Below the pieces are notes generated by a model. The model did no database searches, was not told the origin of the DNA, and was given only the letters and a program-made list of their open reading frames with translations. A program made the position numbers and the translations under genes. From an uncultured Lichenihabitans sp. (lineage in GTDB: Bacteria; Pseudomonadota; Alphaproteobacteria; Rhizobiales; Beijerinckiaceae), in NCBI GenBank assembly GCA_964242785.1, contig CAXTBR010000017.1, forward strand, positions 1,615-65,614: a stretch of DNA of 64,000 nucleotides, given 5' to 3'. Below are positions 27,452 to 36,150 of this stretch, one piece after another (the first letter of the stretch is position 1; each line of letters begins with the position of its first letter).

Positions 27452-29108
27452 CGAATTCGACGCGCAATTCGTGGCCGAGCGCGTCGCGCAGTTCCGCGAC
27501 CAGACGGCCCGGCGCCTGTCGGGCGAGCTGACCGAGGATCAGTTCAAGCTGCACCGGCTGATGAACGGCGTCTACCTGCAGCTCCACGCCTACATGCTGC
27601 GCGTCGCCATCCCCTACGGGTCGCTGCGGTCGAACCAGATGCGCAAGCTGGCCCATATCGCGCGCCGCTACGACCGCGGCTACGGCCACTTCACCACGCG
27701 GCAGAACATCCAGTACAACTGGCCGGCGCTGAGCGACTGCCCGGACATCCTGGCCGAGCTCGCCACCGTCGAGATGCACGCCATCCAGACGTCGGGCAAC
27801 TGCATCCGCAACGTCACGGCGGACCATTTCGCCGGTGCCGCCGCCGACGAGGTCGCGGACCCGCGCCCCTATGCCGAGATCCTGCGGCAATGGTCGTCGC
27901 TGCATCCCGAATATTCCTTCCTGCCCCGCAAGTTCAAGATCGCGGTCACGGGCGCCGAGCGCGACCGGGCCGTCATCCAGGCCCACGACATCGGGCTGCA
28001 GGTGGTGCGGGACGGGGCCGGCGCGCTCGGCTTCAAGGTCTACGTCGGGGGCGGCCTCGGCCGCACCCCGATGATCGGCCACCCCATCCGCGGCTTCCTG
28101 CCCGAGGCGGACCTGCTCGCCTACGTGGACGCGATCGTGCGCGTCTACAACCTTGAGGGCCGCCGCGACAACAAGTACAAGGCCCGCATCAAGATCCTCG
28201 TGCACGAGAAGGGCGCCGGGCCCATGCGCGAGGCCGTGGAGGCCGAGTTCGCCAAGGGCCCGAAGGGCCTGACGCTGCCGGCCGACGACGTCGCGCGCAT
28301 CCGGGCCTATTTCGCGCCCCCGGCTCTGCCGGAGAGGCCGGCGCGGTCGGAGGCCATGGAGGCGCGGCGCGGTGCCGACGCGCGTTTCGCGGCCTTCGTC
28401 GACACCAACGTCGAGCCGCACCGCGCCCCGGGCCACGGCATCGTGACCATCTCGCTGAAACCCATCGGCGGCATCCCGGGCGACGCCTCGGCCGACCAGA
28501 TGGACACCGTGGCGGATCTCGCCGACCGGTTCTCCTTCGGCGAGCTGCGCGTCTCGCACGAGCAGAACCTCGTCCTGACCGACGTGGCGTTCGACGACCT
28601 GCCGGCCCTCTACGACGCGCTCGACGCGGCCGGGCTCGGCACGCCGAACGCCGGCCTCGTCACCGACATGATCGCCTGCCCCGGGCTCGACTATTGCGCG
28701 CTGGCGACGGCGCGCTCGATCCCGGTGGCGCAGCGCATCTCGGAGCGCTTCGGCGAGGGGGAGCGCGCCCGTGAAGTCGGGCCGCTCAAGATCAAGATCT
28801 CGGGCTGCATCAACGCCTGCGGCCACCACCACGTCGGCCACATCGGCATCCTCGGCCTCGACCGGAAGGGCGAGGAAACCTACCAGATCACGCTCGGCGG
28901 TTCGGGCGACGAGACGGCCTCGCTCGGCGACCTCACCGGCCCCGGCTTCTCGACCGACGACGTCGTCGACGCCGTCGAGACGGTGGTCGACACCTATCTC
29001 GGCCTGCGCAACGGCGCCGACGAGGACTTCCTCGCCGCCTACCGCCGCGTCGGCATGGCCCCGTTCAAGAAGGCGCTCTACGAGCGCAACGTGGGCGAAG
29101 GGATCTGA
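27438..29108 (+). CDS. cysI: Sulfite/nitrite reductase hemoprotein subunit
   Basis: MYRYDEFD, GHFTTRQNIQ, QTSGNCIRN, IACPGLDYC, KISGCINACGHHH (siroheme/4Fe-4S ligands). Confidence 0.93.
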   Translation: MYRYDEFDAQFVAERVAQFRDQTARRLSGELTEDQFKLHRLMNGVYLQLHAYMLRVAIPYGSLRSNQMRKLAHIARRYDRGYGHFTTRQNIQYNWPALSDCPDILAELATVEMHAIQTSGNCIRNVTADHFAGAAADEVADPRPYAEILRQWSSLHPEYSFLPRKFKIAVTGAERDRAVIQAHDIGLQVVRDGAGALGFKVYVGGGLGRTPMIGHPIRGFLPEADLLAYVDAIVRVYNLEGRRDNKYKARIKILVHEKGAGPMREAVEAEFAKGPKGLTLPADDVARIRAYFAPPALPERPARSEAMEARRGADARFAAFVDTNVEPHRAPGHGIVTISLKPIGGIPGDASADQMDTVADLADRFSFGELRVSHEQNLVLTDVAFDDLPALYDALDAAGLGTPNAGLVTDMIACPGLDYCALATARSIPVAQRISERFGEGERAREVGPLKIKISGCINACGHHHVGHIGILGLDRKGEETYQITLGGSGDETASLGDLTGPGFSTDDVVDAVETVVDTYLGLRNGADEDFLAAYRRVGMAPFKKALYERNVGEGI

Positions 29109-29112
29109 CGCG

Positions 29113-29847
29113 ATGAGCGCCCACGATGTGACGCTGTTCGGCGACCAGGTCGCGGCGTCGCGACTCGGCCAGCGCTTCGCCGCCATGGACGCGGGCGCCC
29201 TGCTGCGCCTGTCGATCCGCGACCTGTTCCCGGGCCGCATCGCGCTGGTGTCGAGCTTCGGCGCCGATTCGGCCGTGCTGCTCCACATGGTGGCGCAGGT
29301 CGACCGGGCGACGCCGGTGATCTTCGTCGACACCGGCTTCCTGTTCCCCGAGACGCTGACCTACCGGGACGAGCTCGTGGCCCTGCTCGGGCTGACCGAC
29401 GTGCGGGCCGTGGAGCCCTCGGCCGAGGACCTGGCGTCGCTCGACCCCGAGGGTTTCCTGTGGTCGACCGACCCCGATCGCTGCTGCGACATCCGCAAGG
29501 TGAAGCCCCTGGCGGGCGCGGTCGCGGGCTACGACGCCTGGATCACCGGGCGCAAGCGCTTCCAGAGCGGCACGCGGGCCTCGCTGCCGCTGTTCGAGGC
29601 GGAGGGCGAGCGCGTGAAGATCAACCCGCTGGCCGGCTGGGACGCGGGCGAGCTCCTCGGCTACCTCGACCGCCACGCGCTGCCCCGGCACCGCATGGTG
29701 GCCAAGGGCTATCCCTCCATCGGCTGCATCCCCTGCACCTCCCCCGTGAAGCCCGGCGAGGACGCACGCGCCGGCCGCTGGCGCGGCAAGGGCAAGACGG
29801 AATGCGGCATCCACCTCGGCATCCTCAGCGCCGGACAGGACATCTGA
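29113..29847 (+). CDS. cysH: APS/PAPS reductase
   Basis: VSSFGADSAVLLH, CCDIRKV, WITGRKRFQ, GYPSIGCIPCT, KTECGIH; the CC and CxxC motifs point to the 4Fe-4S APS-reductase type. Confidence 0.93.
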   Translation: MSAHDVTLFGDQVAASRLGQRFAAMDAGALLRLSIRDLFPGRIALVSSFGADSAVLLHMVAQVDRATPVIFVDTGFLFPETLTYRDELVALLGLTDVRAVEPSAEDLASLDPEGFLWSTDPDRCCDIRKVKPLAGAVAGYDAWITGRKRFQSGTRASLPLFEAEGERVKINPLAGWDAGELLGYLDRHALPRHRMVAKGYPSIGCIPCTSPVKPGEDARAGRWRGKGKTECGIHLGILSAGQDI

Positions 29848-30362
29848 TGCGCCTCTACAAGGGCGGGGCCTTCGTCGACGACCCGTGGCGGAGCCTCGCC
29901 GAGGACGAGCTGCCCGGCGACGGCCCGGCCATCCTGTCCCTCACGGCGTGGCTGGCGCTGGGCGAGCGCCGCGAGGGGCTGAACGCGCCGGTCGGGGTCA
30001 AGCTCGACGCGGGCGAAATGGTGGACGCCCTCCTGCCCGACCTCGGGCGGCTGTCGCTGGTGGCGCTGTCCTTCCCGAAGTTCGGCGACGGCCGCGCCTT
30101 CTCGAAGGCCTCCATCCTGCGCGGCCAGCACGGCTTCACGGGTGAGATCCGCGCCGTGGGCGACGTGCTGTGGGACCAGTTGCAGCTCATGCGGCGCTGC
30201 GGCTTCGACGCCTTCCTGATCGAGAACGAGCCGACGCTGCGGGCGCTGGAGGCCGGCAAGTCGCCCTTCATGACGGACTTCTACCAGCCCGGCCACGCCG
30301 GGACGGAGCAGCCGGCGGACCCGCGCCGGCCCTGGGCGTGGCGGGCCACGGCGCAGGGCTGA
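29847..30362 (+). CDS. DUF934-family protein
   Basis: VALSFPKFGDGRAFS, GEIRAVGDVLWDQL..MRRCGFDAF; TGATG coupling to cysH. Confidence 0.88.
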   Translation: MRLYKGGAFVDDPWRSLAEDELPGDGPAILSLTAWLALGERREGLNAPVGVKLDAGEMVDALLPDLGRLSLVALSFPKFGDGRAFSKASILRGQHGFTGEIRAVGDVLWDQLQLMRRCGFDAFLIENEPTLRALEAGKSPFMTDFYQPGHAGTEQPADPRRPWAWRATAQG

Positions 30363-30431
30363 CGGTCGCCTGCCCCGCTCGGGATCGTCGGTCGTCTTCG
30401 TTCGCGACGGCGAACGTGGTAATCTGTCCGG

Positions 30432-30737
30432 ATGCAGACGCAGATCGACATCGATGCCATCGTCACGCGAGTCGCTTCAGCAACGCTGAAGGGCCACAGG
30501 ATCGCGCGCGTGTCGAGTGAGCCCACCGTCGACATGGACGGGGTGGACGCGATCCGCGTCACCATCGTGCTGTCCGAAGGCGACGACACCATCACCGGGG
30601 ACGCCGCTCTGGACACGATCGTGGACGTCCATCAGGCGTTACAGAGAGCCGGCGATCAGAGGTTTCCGTTCATCGACTTCACGAACGAGGATGAATTGGC
30701 GTCTGATGTCGATCCTGAACCCGAGCCATCTTTTTGA
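30432..30737 (+). CDS. Small acidic protein with degenerate minimal-nucleotidyltransferase-like topology (putative antitoxin)
   Basis: 101 aa with a helix-strand-acidic loop (VDMDGVD)-strand (IRVTIVL)-helix-strand (FPFIDF) pattern; no GS or DxD catalytic signature; overlaps the HEPN gene; compositionally more AT-rich than flanks. Confidence 0.55.
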   Translation: MQTQIDIDAIVTRVASATLKGHRIARVSSEPTVDMDGVDAIRVTIVLSEGDDTITGDAALDTIVDVHQALQRAGDQRFPFIDFTNEDELASDVDPEPEPSF

Positions 30738-31215
30738 TCAGGCCGAAAAGCTGATCTCGGCCCCCGTGGCTGAGCCACCGCGGCAGGTGGATATCCGGCG
30801 TGCCATTTCGGCCTCCTATTACGCACTTTTCCACCTGACCCTGACGGCGCTGGCCGACGAGATCGTCGGCGTGTCACAACGGGGGACGAGTCGATACGGA
30901 CTGATCCATCGCGGCATCGACCATCGGGCGATCAAAGATCTCTGCACGGTGATCGCCAAGGCCACACCACCGTCGAAGTCTTCATCCTACATCCCGGCCA
31001 GCGGGTTCGGACAGGACATCCTCGTCTTCGCAGACGCATTCGTCGATCTGCAGGAAAGGCGGCATCGCGCGGATTACGATGTCACGGCACGCTATCGCAC
31101 GCTGGATGGGAGGATCGCCGTCGCGACCGGCAGGAGCGGCATGGCCCGGTTCAGGATTTCGGACCCGACCGAGAGGAGGATGTTTCTGACGCTTCTCCTC
31201 TGCCCTCCCCGATAG
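30706..31215 (+). CDS. HEPN-domain protein
   Basis: HLFDQAEKL, RRAISASYYALFH, LQERRHRADYD (RxxxxY-type HEPN signature). Confidence 0.8.
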   Translation: MSILNPSHLFDQAEKLISAPVAEPPRQVDIRRAISASYYALFHLTLTALADEIVGVSQRGTSRYGLIHRGIDHRAIKDLCTVIAKATPPSKSSSYIPASGFGQDILVFADAFVDLQERRHRADYDVTARYRTLDGRIAVATGRSGMARFRISDPTERRMFLTLLLCPPR

Positions 31216-31297
31216 GCTCGCCGTCGCGATCCGGGAACGGTAGAGATGTCCCCCGAGGGTGCCCCGGCACCGCAGATCCAGGACACAAGGCACCGTG

Positions 31298-32188
31298 ATG
31301 ATGCTCCGCAACGACCAGCCCCAACATCCCGACCAGTTGCCGCCCGAGGAACCGGGCCACGCGCCGGGCCGCCGCACCTTCCTCGTCGCCTCGCTCGGCG
31401 TCGGCTTCGCGCTCGCGGTCGACCCCGTCATGGCGCAGGTGATCACGACGCCGAGCGACGGCCTCGTGGCCGGAGAGGTCAAGGTGCCGACACCCGACGG
31501 CGCGATGCCGGCCTATCGCGCCATGCCGGAGGGCGCGGGGCCGTTCCCCACCATGGTGGTGATCGAGGAGATCTTCGGCGTCCACGAATATATCAAGGAC
31601 ATCTGCCGCCGCTACGCCAAGCTCGGCTACTTCGCCATCGCGCCCGAGCTCTTCGCCCGCCAGGGCGACCCGCTCCACGCCGACGTGAAGACCATCATCA
31701 CGGACATCGTCCCCAAGGTGCCGGACGCCCAGGCCATGGCGGACCTCGACGCGACGGTCGCCTATGCGGCGTCGACGGGCCACGCCGACGTGGCGCGGCG
31801 CGGCGCCACGGGCTTCTGCTGGGGCGGCCGCATGATCTGGCTCTACGCCCACCACGACGCGAGCCTCAAGGCCGCGGTGGCCTTCTACGGCATCCTGGGC
31901 GGCCCGGCTTCGCCGCCCTCCCCCCTCAAGCCGCAGAACCCGCTCGACTTCGGCGCCGACGTGAAGGTGCCGGTGCTGGGCCTCTACGGCGGCCACGACG
32001 ACAACATCCCGCCCGACCTCGTCGCCGCCATGCAGGGCGAGCTGAAGGGCACGGAGAGCCGGATCGTCGTCTACCCGGACGCGCCGCACGGCTTCTTCGC
32101 CGACTACCGCCCGAGCTACCGGCCCGAGGCCGCGCACGACGCCTGGGCCAAGGCGCAGAGCTGGTTCAAGGATCACGGCGTGGCGTGA
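31298..32188 (+). CDS. Dienelactone hydrolase-family protein, probably Tat-exported
   Basis: Twin-arginine GRRTFLV; EEIFGVHEYIKDICRR, nucleophile elbow GFCWGG, LGLYGGHD, YPDAPHGFFADYRPSY. Confidence 0.88.
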   Translation: MMLRNDQPQHPDQLPPEEPGHAPGRRTFLVASLGVGFALAVDPVMAQVITTPSDGLVAGEVKVPTPDGAMPAYRAMPEGAGPFPTMVVIEEIFGVHEYIKDICRRYAKLGYFAIAPELFARQGDPLHADVKTIITDIVPKVPDAQAMADLDATVAYAASTGHADVARRGATGFCWGGRMIWLYAHHDASLKAAVAFYGILGGPASPPSPLKPQNPLDFGADVKVPVLGLYGGHDDNIPPDLVAAMQGELKGTESRIVVYPDAPHGFFADYRPSYRPEAAHDAWAKAQSWFKDHGVA

Positions 32189-32193
32189 CCGGC

Positions 32194-32223
32194 TTGCCGT
32201 GCGCCATGGGACCGGGCTAGCCT
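32194..32223 (+). promoter_or_regulatory. Candidate leaderless sigma-70-type promoter of parDE
   Basis: TTGCCG-N18-TAGCCT, then 6 nt, then ATG (32230); no SD. Confidence 0.45.
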
Positions 32224-32229
32224 GCGCCC

Positions 32230-32514
32230 ATGGATATCGAGTTGACGGCCGAGCAGAGCGACCTCGTGCGGCGCGCCATGGAAGCCGGGCGCATCACCCG
32301 GCCCGAGCAGGCCGTCGCCGAAGCCCTGACGCTCTGGGCCGAGGTGGAACGCCGACGGGCGGACCTCCTCGCCAGCCTGGACCAGGCAGAGGCGGAGATC
32401 GAGCGAGGCGACGCCATCGCGATCGAGACCGACGATGAGGCTCACGCCCTCACCGCCGATATCATGGCGCGCTGCCGGACGCGGCTCTCCGCAGTGGATC
32501 GCCCGTCGGATTGA
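32230..32514 (+). CDS. ParD-like (RHH) antitoxin
   Basis: MDIELTAEQSDLVRRAMEAGR...EQAVAEAL; acidic C-terminus LDQAEAEIERGD; 4-bp overlap with toxin. Confidence 0.75.
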   Translation: MDIELTAEQSDLVRRAMEAGRITRPEQAVAEALTLWAEVERRRADLLASLDQAEAEIERGDAIAIETDDEAHALTADIMARCRTRLSAVDRPSD

Positions 32515-32810
32515 CGGTCTACCGGCTGTCGCGGCAGGCCCGCCGAGACCTCGACATGATCGCCGACCGCGTCGCGCGCGAACGGGACGTGGCGACGGCT
32601 GAGAAGCTCATCGGAACCATCGTTCGCGGGTTGCGCATGCTGTCCGACCATCCGCGGGCCGGACGCTCGCGCGACTCGGATCTCGGTCCGGGCCGCCGCA
32701 GCATTGTCCTCGCCGACCACGTCGTGGTGTATCGCGTCGCCGCGTCGGAAGCCCTGATCCTGCGCGTGCTCGACGGCCGCCGCGATCTGATCCGGATCTT
32801 TCGCGGCTGA
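32511..32810 (+). CDS. RelE/ParE-family toxin
   Basis: YRLSRQARRDLDMI, LSDHPRAGRSR, HVVVYRV...ILRVLDGRRDL; TTG start. Confidence 0.88.
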   Translation: MTVYRLSRQARRDLDMIADRVARERDVATAEKLIGTIVRGLRMLSDHPRAGRSRDSDLGPGRRSIVLADHVVVYRVAASEALILRVLDGRRDLIRIFRG

Positions 32811-32835
32811 GCGCAGCCTCTTCGACGCGGGGCGC

Positions 32836-33267
32836 TCACGCCCCCGTCTCGGCCGTCAGCCCCGCGGCCTCGATCCCCGCCACGGCGCAGATCTCGTCGT
32901 TGTCGCTGAGATCCCCCGACACGCCGACGGCGCCGACCACCTCGCCCCCGCTCATCACCAGCACGCCGCCCGGCACGGGGACGAGCGAGCCGCCGACCGC
33001 GTGGGTGGCGGCCGCCACGAAGGCGGGCCGCTCCGCCGCCATCTTGGCCAGCGCCCGCGAGCCGACGCCCAGGGCGAGGGCGCCGTCCGCCTTGCCGCGG
33101 GCGATCTCGCCCCGCCTGAGGCTCGTGCCGTCCTGCGCCGCGAAGGCCTTCAGCGCCCCGCGGGCGTCGAGCACCGCGATGGCGAGCGGCTTGAAGCCCT
33201 TGTCGCGGCCCGTCGCCAGGGCGGTGTCGAGGATGGTGCGGGCGTGATCGAGGGTCAGGGCGGGCAT
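32836..33267 (-). CDS. GlcG/HbpS (DUF336) heme/cobalamin-binding-family protein
   Basis: LAIAVLDARGAL, IARGKA, PVPGGVLV, VGAVGVSGDLSDNDEICAVAG. Confidence 0.88.
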   Translation of the reverse strand: MPALTLDHARTILDTALATGRDKGFKPLAIAVLDARGALKAFAAQDGTSLRRGEIARGKADGALALGVGSRALAKMAAERPAFVAAATHAVGGSLVPVPGGVLVMSGGEVVGAVGVSGDLSDNDEICAVAGIEAAGLTAETGA

Positions 33268-33331
33268 GGGGCCTCCGGCTCGTTGGGCGGGCCGGCGACC
33301 CTGCCGCGCCGCGGAAGCCATGGCAAGCGCC

Positions 33332-34393
33332 TCACGCGGCTTCGAGCGGCACCAGATCGTCGGGCGAGAAGTGCAGCGTCACGGCCTCGCCCGGCACCGG
33401 CGGCGGCAGGCCGGGGCTGTTGAAGCGGTCCAGCATGATGCGGCTGCCGCCCACCCCGACCCTGATCCGCACCACGGCGCCCAGGAAGGACACGTCCTCG
33501 ATGGTGCCGCGGACCCGGTTGCAGCCGTTCCCGGGGTCCTGGAGCGACACGGCCTCGGGCCGCAGGGCGACCGCACAGTCGACCCCGTCGGCAGCCTGGA
33601 TCTGCCGGCCGACGCGCGCCTCCTGCCCGTCGATGCGGATCGCCCCGCGCACGGCGTCCACCACCTGCACTTTCAGGATGTTCAGCGTGCCCACGAAGGA
33701 GGCGACGAAGCGCGTCTTCGGGCGGTTGTAGATTTCGAAGGGCGTGCCGAGCTGCTCGATGCGGCCTTCGCTCATCACCACGATCCGATCCGACATCGAC
33801 AGGGCTTCCTCCTGGTCGTGCGTCACGAAGATCGTGGTGATGCCGAGCGTGCGCTGGAGCGCCTTCAGCTCGTCGCGCAGCGCCACCCGCACCTTGGCGT
33901 CGAGCGCCGACAGCGGCTCGTCGAGGAGCAGCATCTTCGGGGCGGGGGCGAGGGCGCGGGCCAGCGCCACGCGCTGCTGCTGGCCGCCCGAGATCTGGTA
34001 GGGATAGCGGTCGGCGAGCTGGGGCAGCTTGACCACGGCCAGCATCTCGGCCACCCGCGAGCGGGTCTCGGCCGCGCTGCGCTTCGCCACCTTGAGCCCG
34101 AAGGCGACGTTCTGCGCCACCGTCATGTTGGGGAACAGGGCGTAGTTCTGGAACACCATGCCGACGTTGCGCGCGTTCGGCGGCAGGTGGGTGACGTCGC
34201 GGCCCTCGATGCGGATCGTGCCGTCCGAGGCGCTCTCGAACCCCGCGATCATGCGCAGCGTCGTGGTCTTGCCGCAGCCCGAGGGGCCGAGGAAGGAGAT
34301 GAACTCGCCGGGCTGCACGTCGAGGTCGAACCGTTGCACGACGTGGTTGGCGCCGTAGCTCTTGCGCAGGCGCTCGATGCTCAGGAAGCTCAT
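33332..34393 (-). CDS. ABC transporter ATP-binding protein (PotA-like, with TOBE domain)
   Basis: Walker A GPSGCGKT, VFQNYALFPNM, ISGGQQQRVALARAL, LLDEPLSALD. Confidence 0.93.
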   Translation of the reverse strand: MSFLSIERLRKSYGANHVVQRFDLDVQPGEFISFLGPSGCGKTTTLRMIAGFESASDGTIRIEGRDVTHLPPNARNVGMVFQNYALFPNMTVAQNVAFGLKVAKRSAAETRSRVAEMLAVVKLPQLADRYPYQISGGQQQRVALARALAPAPKMLLLDEPLSALDAKVRVALRDELKALQRTLGITTIFVTHDQEEALSMSDRIVVMSEGRIEQLGTPFEIYNRPKTRFVASFVGTLNILKVQVVDAVRGAIRIDGQEARVGRQIQAADGVDCAVALRPEAVSLQDPGNGCNRVRGTIEDVSFLGAVVRIRVGVGGSRIMLDRFNSPGLPPPVPGEAVTLHFSPDDLVPLEAA

Positions 34394-34398
34394 GGACC

Positions 34399-35184
34399 TC
34401 ACGCTTTCGCCGGGGCGCCGCGGGGGTCCCGGGCGAAGAGCTGGATCAGGCCCATGCAGGCCCAGGTGACCGCGAAGGCGATGAAGGCCAGGGCGGAGGG
34501 CTCGTAAGCCTTGTTGGCGCCGACGAGCTGCAGGTAGGGCCCGAAGGCCGGGCGATCCAGCAGGCTCGCCAGGGTGAACTCGCCGATGACGATCGCGAAG
34601 GTCAGGAAGGCGCCGCTCAGCACCGCGGTCCGCACGTTGGGGAAGATGACGCGGAACAGGATGGTGGCCCGCGCGGCCCCGAGGCTCTCGGCCGCCTCCG
34701 TCAGGCTGCGGACGTCGATGGTGCGCAGCCCCGTGTCCACCGCCCGGTAGAGGTAGGGCAGCGCCAGCACCGTGTAGCCGAAGATCAGCAGAACGTCGGT
34801 GCTCCAGGCCTCGCCGGTCAGGGGCAGGTAGGACGACGAATTGTAGAGCTTGAGGTAGCCGAAGACCAGCACGATGGCCGGAATGACGAGCGGCATCAGC
34901 GTGATGAACTCGACGTAGGGCCGCAGCCAGGGCAGCTTCAGGCGAATCCAATAGGCCGTGGGCACGACCAGCACCGTGCCGACCAGGATGGTGGCCACGG
35001 CCGAGGCGGCCGAGAAGCCGAAGGTGCGCCAGAAGAGCGGGTCCGACAGCACGTTGGCATAGGCGTCGAAGCTGTAGGTGCCGCGGCGGATGCGCATCGA
35101 GAACTCGACCGTGCCGATCAGCGGCACGATGAAGTAGGCGATGCCGACGGCCAGCGCCGCCCAGGAGCCGATGCGGGCGCGCAT
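34399..35184 (-). CDS. ABC transporter permease (PotC-like)
   Basis: EAA motif LTEAAESLGA; 6 TM; TGATG coupling. Confidence 0.9.
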   Translation of the reverse strand: MRARIGSWAALAVGIAYFIVPLIGTVEFSMRIRRGTYSFDAYANVLSDPLFWRTFGFSAASAVATILVGTVLVVPTAYWIRLKLPWLRPYVEFITLMPLVIPAIVLVFGYLKLYNSSSYLPLTGEAWSTDVLLIFGYTVLALPYLYRAVDTGLRTIDVRSLTEAAESLGAARATILFRVIFPNVRTAVLSGAFLTFAIVIGEFTLASLLDRPAFGPYLQLVGANKAYEPSALAFIAFAVTWACMGLIQLFARDPRGAPAKA

Positions 35185-36080
35185 CAGCGCAGCCACCGCT
35201 CGGAGCGCGTGCGCAGCACGATGTAGAGCGCGTTGGACAGGCCCGTGATCACCACCATGCCGAGCGCCAGCGCGTAGCCGAGGTGCGGGTTATGCAGCAC
35301 GTCGCCGCGGATCTGGGCGTAGAGCAGGATGGTGACGAGGTTCAGCGTCGAGCCCGTGAGGCCGTAGGCCGTGGCGATGGCCCCGAAGCTGTTGGCGAAG
35401 AGCAGCAGCGTCGTGCCGAGCAGGCTCGGCCACAGGATGGGGATCACGACCATCCGCCAGTAGGTGAGCGGCGAGGCGCCCAGGATGGTGGCGGCCTCGC
35501 GCCACTCGCGCTTGAGCCCGTCGAGCGCCGGGGTCAGGATCAGCACCATCAGCGGGATCTGGAAGTACAGGTAGGTGATGGTGAGGCCCCAGAAGCTCAG
35601 GATGTTGAACCCGGTGCGGTAGAGGCTGAAGCCGAAGACGCTCTGGAGCAGCGTCGTCACGAGCCCGGTGCGCCCCAGCGTGGCGATGAACGCGAAGGCG
35701 AGCGGCAGGCCGGCGAAGTTGGACGCGACCCCGCTGAAGGTCATCAGCACGGGGCGGATCCAGCCCGGCAGCCCGCCCAGCACCACGGCCCAGGCGAGCG
35801 CGAAGCCGAGCAGCGCCCCCAGCAGCGCCGAGGCGGCGCTGACTTCGAGGCTGATCGCGTAGGCGCTGACGATGCCGGGCTCGAACAGCCCCGCCACGTT
35901 GGCGAGGGTGAAGTGCCCGTCGTTGTCCACGAAGGCCCCGACCACGAGGTAGGCGGTCGGGATCAGCAGGAACAGCGCCGCGAAGGAGAAGAACGGCACG
36001 ACCCCGAGCCAGGCGAGCGACACCGGCGCGCGGGGTCGCGCCGGCGCCATGACCGGGAGGACGGCTTCGACCTGCTGCAT
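35184..36080 (-). CDS. ABC transporter permease (PotB-like)
   Basis: EAA motif WREAATILGA; 6 TM. Confidence 0.9.
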   Translation of the reverse strand: MQQVEAVLPVMAPARPRAPVSLAWLGVVPFFSFAALFLLIPTAYLVVGAFVDNDGHFTLANVAGLFEPGIVSAYAISLEVSAASALLGALLGFALAWAVVLGGLPGWIRPVLMTFSGVASNFAGLPLAFAFIATLGRTGLVTTLLQSVFGFSLYRTGFNILSFWGLTITYLYFQIPLMVLILTPALDGLKREWREAATILGASPLTYWRMVVIPILWPSLLGTTLLLFANSFGAIATAYGLTGSTLNLVTILLYAQIRGDVLHNPHLGYALALGMVVITGLSNALYIVLRTRSERWLR

Positions 36081-36150
36081 CGTGTTTCGGCTCGGATCAT
36101 TCGGGGGGAGTTGCGGACGGCCTCGGGCCGCCCGCTTCAGGCGGCGGCCT

